NCBI GenBank assembly: GCA_964540825.1
Contig: CAZINT010000004.1
Coordinates: 88,835-152,834, forward strand
Direction: 5' to 3'
DNA length: 64,000 bases
Origin: an uncultured Gammaproteobacteria bacterium
Lineage (GTDB): Bacteria > Patescibacteriota > Patescibacteriia > Magasanikbacterales > GWA2-37-8
The notes beneath the pieces were generated by a model. It saw only the letters and a list, made by a program, of their open reading frames with translations, searched no databases and had not been told where the DNA came from. The translations under genes were made by a program, and so were the position numbers. Shown piece after piece: positions 57,718-64,000 of the stretch (positions are counted from its first letter, which is position 1; the number at the start of each line of letters is the position of its first letter).

Positions 57718-59709
57718 ATGCTCATTATCGTTTTGGGAGCAATTGTTCCCGCGGCTCTTGCCATTCTGTACGGTCTTATTCTCATTCGCTGGGTTCTCGG
57801 CCAACCGGCCGGCGATGAACGGATGCAAATGATTGCGCGGGCAATTCAAACCGGCGCAAAAGCCTATCTTCTGCGTCAATACAAAACGATTGGTTTGGTA
57901 GCAATTTTCATCTTCTTAGCCCTTGGGCTTGGTATTGACTGGGTAACCGCCTTTGGCTTCGTGGTCGGTGCGGGTTTTTCATGCTTAGCCGGCTATGTTG
58001 GCATGACTATCTCGGTTAAGGCTAACGTTCGCACAGCCGAAGCTGCTAAAACAGGTTTTAAAGAAGCGATGACCCTCGCTGTTCGCGGCGGTTCGATTAC
58101 CGGTCTTTTGGTAGCCGGTCTTGGGCTCCTCGGTGTAGCTGGTTTTTATTTGGTAACCGGGGGCGATCTTTCCGCACTGATCGGTCTTGGTTTTGGCGGC
58201 AGTTTAGTTTCGGTCTTTGCCCGTATCGGTGGCGGCATCTTCACTAAAGCCGCCGATGTTGGAGCAGACTTGGTAGGCAAAGTAGAAAAAGGAATTCCCG
58301 AAGACGACCCACGCAACCCAGCAGTTATTGCCGATAACGTTGGCGATAACGTTGGCGACTGCGCTGGCATGGCCGCTGATCTTTTTGAAACATACGCCAT
58401 CACAACTATTGCCGCAATGCTTCTGGCCAGCCTTTTATTCCCTGGCAACACCAAAGTTATTGTTTTTCCTCTCATGCTTGGCGGCGCTTCAATCATCGCT
58501 TCAATCATCGGCACGTTCTGCATTCGCCTTGGTAAAAACATGAACGTAATGAACGCCTTGTACAAAGGCCTTATCGCTGCCGGTGTTCTTTCGCTCGCCG
58601 CTTTTTATCCTATTACTAACTGGCTCCTTGCTGATCTCGCCGGTCACTCTGTCTTGCGTTTGTTTGGCACCGCTGTTATCGGTCTTGCACTCACCATTGC
58701 AATGGTTTTTGTTACTGATTATTACACCTCTACCGAATACTCCCCGGTACAGCATATTGCCAAAGCAAGCACGACCGGACATGGCACCAACATTATTGCT
58801 GGGCTTGCCGTTTCCATGAAATCAACCGCCGTTCCGGTACTTCTTATCCTTGCTGCCATGCTTGGATCGTTTTGGCTCGCCGGACTCTTTGGGGTTGCGA
58901 TCGCAGCGGTGAGCATGCTTTCCATGACCGGTATTGTGGTCACCATTGATGCCTACGGCCCAATCACTGACAACGCCGGCGGTATCGCTGAAATGGCTGA
59001 ACTTTCTGATAGCGTTCGCGCCATCACCGACCCCTTGGACGCGGTTGGCAACACCACCAAGGCGGTTACTAAGGGCTATGCTATTGCTGCCGCTGGTTTG
59101 TCGTCACTCGTTCTGTTTGCCGACTTCACGCACAAACTTCCTGAATCCACAATCTTCTTGATTAATGATCCTAAAGTATTGGTGGGCCTCTTTATTGGCG
59201 GCCTCTTGCCTTACCTCTTCGGCTCATTCCTCATGGAGTCAGTTGGAACGGTTGCCGGCCAAGTGGTGGAAGAAGTTCGTCGTCAATTCAAAGAAATTCC
59301 GGGTATCATGGAAGGAACCGGCAAGCCAGATTATGCTAAAGCCGCTGACATCGTTACCAAAGGTGCGCTTCGCCAAATGATTGTTCCCGCCCTTCTCCCC
59401 GTTGCCGCCCCGATTGCCGTCGGATTCCTTCTTGGTATTCCAGCACTCGGCGGCCTTCTCGTCGGCACAATCGTTACCGGTATTTTCCTCGCTATTTCCA
59501 TGACCACCGGTGGCGCCGCTTGGGATAATGCTAAGAAATTTATTGAAAAAGGAAACTACGGCGGCAAAGGATCGTTTGCCCACCAGGCTGCAGTTACGGG
59601 CGATACGGTTGGCGACCCGTACAAAGATACTGCCGGCCCTTCCATTAATCCAATGATTAAAGTGGCCAACATCGTGGCGCTTCTTATCGTCGGACTTCTC
59701 CTCAAATAA
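57718..59709 (+). CDS. hppA: Membrane-bound H+-translocating pyrophosphatase (K+-independent type)
   Basis: [35 protein letters not shown] (Lys at the K+-determinant position), [10 protein letters not shown]. Confidence 0.95.
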   Translation: MLIIVLGAIVPAALAILYGLILIRWVLGQPAGDERMQMIARAIQTGAKAYLLRQYKTIGLVAIFIFLALGLGIDWVTAFGFVVGAGFSCLAGYVGMTISVKANVRTAEAAKTGFKEAMTLAVRGGSITGLLVAGLGLLGVAGFYLVTGGDLSALIGLGFGGSLVSVFARIGGGIFTKAADVGADLVGKVEKGIPEDDPRNPAVIADNVGDNVGDCAGMAADLFETYAITTIAAMLLASLLFPGNTKVIVFPLMLGGASIIASIIGTFCIRLGKNMNVMNALYKGLIAAGVLSLAAFYPITNWLLADLAGHSVLRLFGTAVIGLALTIAMVFVTDYYTSTEYSPVQHIAKASTTGHGTNIIAGLAVSMKSTAVPVLLILAAMLGSFWLAGLFGVAIAAVSMLSMTGIVVTIDAYGPITDNAGGIAEMAELSDSVRAITDPLDAVGNTTKAVTKGYAIAAAGLSSLVLFADFTHKLPESTIFLINDPKVLVGLFIGGLLPYLFGSFLMESVGTVAGQVVEEVRRQFKEIPGIMEGTGKPDYAKAADIVTKGALRQMIVPALLPVAAPIAVGFLLGIPALGGLLVGTIVTGIFLAISMTTGGAAWDNAKKFIEKGNYGGKGSFAHQAAVTGDTVGDPYKDTAGPSINPMIKVANIVALLIVGLLLK

Positions 59710-59766
59710 TTGCTTCCTTCTCAAAAAGAGCGCTTACCCGGCGCTTTTTTTGTTTTGTTATAAGGA

Positions 59767-59795
59767 TTGACACAGACATGGTTTTGTGCTATATT
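59767..59795 (+). promoter_or_regulatory. sigma70 promoter of the GC-rich orphan
   Basis: TTGACA-17-TATATT with a TG extension. Confidence 0.65.
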
Positions 59796-59891
59796 CTGAC
59801 GTTGCCCTAGCAAACATGTGGCGAAATCTGCCCGCGTCTACGGTACACACCTTAGGCGTGGACAGATTTTAACAGCACAAGAGGTGCCCCA

Positions 59892-60281
59892 ATGGATTTG
59901 CCCGACATCGTCTTGCCTCCGCCGCCGAGCAGAACTCCGCTCGAAGAAGCCGAGCACCAACTCGCTGAAGCTGAGGGTCATGCGCGCAGAATCGCCGCCC
60001 TGCAGGAGAAGAGCGGCCGGCGTATGCGCGAAGCCTTGACCGGCTTCGAAGTCCAGCGCGACGAGGCCGCGCTCGAAATCGCCTGTTGCGCCAACGGCGC
60101 GCTGTCGTTCGCCGCCCTGCACAAGCGCCAGGCCTTCCAGCAGGCCATGAGCGCCCTGACCCAGGCTCAAGCCGAAGCAATAAGCCTTGCCGAGCAGCTG
60201 CTCACGGCGGAAACGCTTGCCATGAAGGCACGCGCGAACGTCGAGCTTTTCCGCCAGCTCAAGCTCGAGCGAGCCGCCTAA
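59892..60281 (+). CDS. GC-rich orphan coiled-coil protein
   Basis: AGAGGTG SD; Ala/Glu-rich heptads; G/C-ending codons. Confidence 0.65.
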   Translation: MDLPDIVLPPPPSRTPLEEAEHQLAEAEGHARRIAALQEKSGRRMREALTGFEVQRDEAALEIACCANGALSFAALHKRQAFQQAMSALTQAQAEAISLAEQLLTAETLAMKARANVELFRQLKLERAA

Positions 60282-60410
60282 CACGCCACCACTCGCACCT
60301 CCCCCCTCGGAGCTCTGCGTCTTTGTCACTAACACAGATTAGTTGTAAAGACGCTCCGGGGCGGGCACAAAACAACCCTGCAAAAGCAGGGTTGTTTTAG
60401 TCTGTTTTCG

Positions 60411-60439
60411 TTGACACCAAAGGCTTTTGCTGCTATGTT
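60411..60439 (+). promoter_or_regulatory. sigma70 promoter of the orphan gene
   Basis: TTGACA-17-TATGTT with a TG extension. Confidence 0.6.
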
Positions 60440-60460
60440 TGCTCCATCAAGGAGCACATT

Positions 60461-60754
60461 ATGAAAAGCGAGACGTCCTCCATGAAGGGGTTGAAGAAAA
60501 AAATTCGAAAAATTTTTCCTGGAGCATCATGCTTTGAAACAGAAAAAGGCAAAAACCGAATCCAGTTCCGAGCGTTAACAACACAACTAGGTGCTGACAT
60601 GGTCTGGTTCTTCCACCTCAGCCAGCTCGCCACACTCCTCGGTACCAGCCGACTGTACGTTACGTGTGTCGCTGACACCGAGTACGAGGCCGTACCGCAG
60701 TTCCACGTCGTCATTGTTGCCGAGCGCGTCACCAACCCCGCGCTTCAGGCGTAG
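60461..60754 (+). CDS. Small orphan protein (AT-rich 5' half, GC-rich 3' half)
   Basis: AAGGAG SD, own promoter, terminator near 60797-60830. Confidence 0.6.
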   Translation: MKSETSSMKGLKKKIRKIFPGASCFETEKGKNRIQFRALTTQLGADMVWFFHLSQLATLLGTSRLYVTCVADTEYEAVPQFHVVIVAERVTNPALQA

Positions 60755-60905
60755 CCCTGCCGCGACGCCGATCACCTGATCCTCGTCGCGCCCTACCAAA
60801 AACACCTCAGCAAAAACTGGGGTGTTTTTGTATTGGTCACCATTTGACAAATCCCTTATTTTTCAATAAAATAGGCCGTATTCTTACTTACTCTTTTTAC
60901 TGAAT

Positions 60906-62186
60906 ATGTCCTACGAAATCAAAAAAACTGACAAATCGACCGCTGAGCTGACTATTACCGTTCAACCTGCTGATTACAAAAAAAACATGGAGGCAGCCGC
61001 CATCCGTATATCGGAGCGCGCCGCCATCAAAGGCTTCCGCCCGGGTAAAGCACCATATGACCTGGTAAAACAGGAAATGGGTGAAATCCGCATTCTTGAA
61101 GAAGCCATGCAGTCAATTGTGGAAAGCAACTTTTTTAAAGCTGTCTCTGAAGAAAAACTCGACACACTAGGGATGCCCCAAATTAGTTTACAAAAATTTG
61201 CTCCAGGCAATGAGCTCGTCTTTACCGCAACCGTTGCTTTACTTCCAAAAGTTACTATACCCGACCTCTCAACGATCAAAGTCGAGGGTAAGCCCGTAAA
61301 AGTTGACAAAAAGCAAGTTGACGAAACAATGGAAAATCTCCGCCGCATGCAGGGCAAAGAAGTTATTAAGGCAGGCGCAGCGACCAAAGAAGACAAGGTT
61401 GTGGTCAACATGGACATGTTCATCGACAAAGTCCCGATGGAAGGCGGCCAAGCCCCCAACCACCAGGTATACCTCAGCGAGCCGCATTACATTCCAGGCT
61501 TTGCCGAAGAGCTGGTAGGACTCAAAAAAGACGACACCAAAGAATTTACACTTAAATTTCCTAAGGAGCACTACCAAAAACAATTTGCCGGCAAAGATGT
61601 TGATTTTAAAATTAAAGTAAACGAAGTCTACGAACTCAGCTACCCTGAACTTAATGATGAGTTTGCCAAAGCGCTCGGCCAAAAAAGTTTGGAAGCAATG
61701 GTTGAGCTTCTGACCGCCAACCTCACTCGAGAAGGCGAACGTAAAGAAGAGGAACGGTTTGAAATAGCGCTTCTCGAGCAATTGATTGAAAAAAGTAGTT
61801 TTGAAGTAATTCCTGATGTTTTGATTGACGCAGAAAAAAACAAGATGTTCTACGAACTCAAACACAATCTTGACGAACAAGGTATTCCAGTCGAAAAATA
61901 TTTGGCTGACATGAAGAAAACTGAAGCAGAAATCTTGGCCGACTTTACCGCCCAGGCAGATAAGCGTGCCAAAGCCGCTCTTATCTCGCGCCAAATCGCC
62001 CTTCAAAACAATATTAAAGTTGAAAAGGAAGAACTCGAAAAAGAACTTACTGCTATCCGCGCAGCATATCCAAACAATCCTCAGGTAGAAGAAAATCTCA
62101 AACGTCAGGAAGTTATTCAAACCATTGCAACTACCCTGCAGAATAAAAAAGTGATACAGTGGGTGAAGGAACAAATTAAAAAATAG
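60906..62186 (+). CDS. tig: Trigger factor
   Basis: IKGFRPGKAP signature; FKBP-like YIPGFAEELVG..FPKEHY. Confidence 0.96.
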   Translation: MSYEIKKTDKSTAELTITVQPADYKKNMEAAAIRISERAAIKGFRPGKAPYDLVKQEMGEIRILEEAMQSIVESNFFKAVSEEKLDTLGMPQISLQKFAPGNELVFTATVALLPKVTIPDLSTIKVEGKPVKVDKKQVDETMENLRRMQGKEVIKAGAATKEDKVVVNMDMFIDKVPMEGGQAPNHQVYLSEPHYIPGFAEELVGLKKDDTKEFTLKFPKEHYQKQFAGKDVDFKIKVNEVYELSYPELNDEFAKALGQKSLEAMVELLTANLTREGERKEEERFEIALLEQLIEKSSFEVIPDVLIDAEKNKMFYELKHNLDEQGIPVEKYLADMKKTEAEILADFTAQADKRAKAALISRQIALQNNIKVEKEELEKELTAIRAAYPNNPQVEENLKRQEVIQTIATTLQNKKVIQWVKEQIKK

Positions 62187-62276
62187 CCCTACTTTAAAAA
62201 CCAGCCCGATAGAAGGGTTGGTTTTTTAAGCAGCGTATGATAGCTTAGTACCTATAAACTATTATAAATTAAACCT

Positions 62277-63107
62277 ATGCTCTTCGGTGCTCATGTTTCC
62301 ATAGCCGGCGGACTGCCTAACGCCCCACTGAACGCGGCCAAAATTGGCTGCGAGGTTTTTCAGATGTTCAGCCGATCCCCGCAGGGCGGCTGGATTGCAC
62401 CCTTGGACGAAAAAATTGCTGCAGAATTCAAAGCGAATTGCAAAAAAGCCGGACAAAAAGAGTGGTATATTCATACCCCGTATTTTATTAACTTTGCATC
62501 AACCAATAATCGCATCCGGTTTGGTTCAAGCGCCGTTATTCGTCAAGAACTGGAGCGTGGGTCTATGCTTGGCGCAACGTACGTGATGACCCACCTCGGC
62601 AGCTATAGCGGCATGGGCGAAGAAAAAGGTTTTGAAGCGCTTATTGAGGGCCTCGAAAAAACACTCAAAGGATATACAGGTGAAACACAACTACTCTTAG
62701 AGAATTCTGCTGGCGCTGGCGCAGTAATTGGTGACACATTCGAAGAATTAGCCGAAATCGTGCACCACCCTAAACTCAAAAAATATAATCTCGGCATTTG
62801 TTACGATACCCAGCACGCTTTTGCCAGCGGGTATGATGTACGCACCCCGGCAGCAGCAAAGGCTACACTTAAAAAATTTGATGATACAGTAGGATTAGAT
62901 CGCTTCAAAATGTCCCACTGCAACGACTCAAAAATTGAATTTGGCGGCAAAAAAGACCGGCACGAACATATTGGCGAAGGAAATATTGGTTTAGAGGGAT
63001 TTAAAAATTTATTTTCCAATAAAAAAATTGCTAAGGTAAATTTTATCGCCGAAACTGAACACGACAAAATTGTCGAGGATTTAAAACTCTTAAAAAGCCT
63101 TCGTTAA
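62277..63107 (+). CDS. nfo: Endonuclease IV
   Basis: GAHVSIAGG, HTPYFIN, LLENSAG, CYDTQH, HCNDSK, DRHEHIGEG. Confidence 0.95.
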   Translation: MLFGAHVSIAGGLPNAPLNAAKIGCEVFQMFSRSPQGGWIAPLDEKIAAEFKANCKKAGQKEWYIHTPYFINFASTNNRIRFGSSAVIRQELERGSMLGATYVMTHLGSYSGMGEEKGFEALIEGLEKTLKGYTGETQLLLENSAGAGAVIGDTFEELAEIVHHPKLKKYNLGICYDTQHAFASGYDVRTPAAAKATLKKFDDTVGLDRFKMSHCNDSKIEFGGKKDRHEHIGEGNIGLEGFKNLFSNKKIAKVNFIAETEHDKIVEDLKLLKSLR

Positions 63108-63123
63108 GCACAAAAACAAAAGT

Positions 63124-63348
63124 ATGTTGCTACGACTTCGAGTATTACCACGCTCAAGCAAAAACGAAGTGGTAGGGGAGGCAGGGAATAAAGTACTTAC
63201 AATTAAAGTGCGTGCTGCCCCAACTGATGGAAAAGCGAACGAAGCTGTGCTTGAGGTACTCGCCAGCCACCTCAAGGTACCAAAAAATAAATTACGCTTG
63301 GTTCGAGGTCACAAAAGTAAAAATAAAATAGTTGAGATTTTAGACTAA
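63124..63348 (+). CDS. DUF167 (YggU/UPF0235) family protein
   Basis: VLPRSSKNEV..AAPTDGKANEA..GHKSKNK. Confidence 0.88.
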   Translation: MLLRLRVLPRSSKNEVVGEAGNKVLTIKVRAAPTDGKANEAVLEVLASHLKVPKNKLRLVRGHKSKNKIVEILD

Positions 63349-63382
63349 CCTTAAACAAAAAACAGCCTTTGGGCTGTCTTTT

Positions 63383-63664
63383 TTATGGCAAGTCCATTCC
63401 GCCTTTAGTCCACGGGTGACAGCGAATAATGCGCCAAAGCGCCGGCGGAAATCCTAAAAAAATTCCTTTTTTTTCAATTTTTTTATAGGCATAGACGCTA
63501 CACGACGGATAAAAAGGACAAAAACCGTGCGGAAAACGATTTTTTAAGAGTCCGTGGTCGGGCGAAAATGTAACCTGATACAGTCTGATGCACGCCAAAA
63601 AAACCTGGCGAGGCAACAAAAATAATGAGGCTATGATAGTTTTATTTTTTGGCTGAAGTTTCAT
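63383..63664 (-). CDS. yidD: Membrane protein insertion efficiency factor YidD
   Basis: IRLYQVTFSP, CPFYPSCSVYA, RIIRCHPWTKGGMD. Confidence 0.92.
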   Translation of the reverse strand: MKLQPKNKTIIASLFLLPRQVFLACIRLYQVTFSPDHGLLKNRFPHGFCPFYPSCSVYAYKKIEKKGIFLGFPPALWRIIRCHPWTKGGMDLP

Positions 63665-63695
63665 AAAAACAAGCGGAAGAAAACGGCTTGGGCAG

Positions 63696-64000
63696 CTATA
63701 TTTTACAGACGCCGGAGCGTTTTAAGAGCATAGTGAGATCGGCGGATACGGCATCGTACTCTTTATTAAGAGCGTCTTTGCGAGCAACAACAAGTACAAA
63801 AAAACCTGGTTGTGGCACACCATTTTTAAAAGCAAGACGAACTATTTCACGCAGCTGCCGACGCAGCCGGTTGCGCACCACTGCCTTTTTAGAAATTTTT
63901 AAACCCACTGCAAAGGCTAACTTAAGCTGTTTTTTAAAACTTTCCGGATCTTCTTTAGCAGGAAAAAGTGCGCTATTTTTTTCTAAATTAAGCACTTTAA
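63696..64000 (-). CDS. rnpA: Ribonuclease P protein component (5' end outside the window)
   Basis: AFAVGLKISKKAVVRNRLRRQLRE RNR motif; upstream of yidD. Confidence 0.9.
   Translation of the reverse strand, partial: KVLNLEKNSALFPAKEDPESFKKQLKLAFAVGLKISKKAVVRNRLRRQLREIVRLAFKNGVPQPGFFVLVVARKDALNKEYDAVSADLTMLLKRSGVCKI

Noticed and set aside
55358-62174. Long antisense ORFs opposite polA (55358-56035), hppA and tig (61269-62174)
   Set aside because: Mirror frames of conserved genes; no recognisable motifs
1-64000. CRISPR array, rRNA genes, recoded TGA (code 25)
   Set aside because: No regularly spaced repeats or rRNA-like sequence seen; long genes are open in code 11

Overview
64 kb of bacterial chromosome, genetic code 11, most likely a Patescibacteria/CPR (Parcubacteria-like) organism. 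That assignment is an inference from Shine-Dalgarno-less core genes, TrmB paralogs, giant Thr/Ser-rich surface proteins and a type IV pilus cluster. Housekeeping genes: rpsF (partial), pilB-C-M-N-O, an RNA methyltransferase, an ABC-F ATPase, ychF, rmuC, rpsT, holA, ndh, polA, a LysM/M23 peptidase, hppA, tig, nfo, yidD, rnpA (partial) and four tRNAs (Ala-GGC, Ala-CGC, Arg-CCT, Cys-GCA). Accessory content: (1) an 8.9 kb island in tRNA-Ala(GGC), bounded by a 44-bp direct repeat, with a tyrosine recombinase at each end. It carries a TIGR04255-like/small-protein/MazF-like triad, two RxxxxH (HEPN-like) proteins, and a thermonuclease preceded by a riboswitch-like structured leader RNA. (2) A ~19 kb surface-protein cluster with two giant tailspike-like adhesins. 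(3) Seven scattered GC-rich gene islets, including a yjjX-prs-apt purine salvage operon. Each has a strong Shine-Dalgarno and most have their own sigma70 promoter, whereas the core genes have AT-rich leaders with no SD. (4) A 98-bp GNRA-hairpin element flanked by a duplicated tRNA-Arg 3' end. No CRISPR array or rRNA was seen. All family assignments come from motif recognition by eye, not from database searches.
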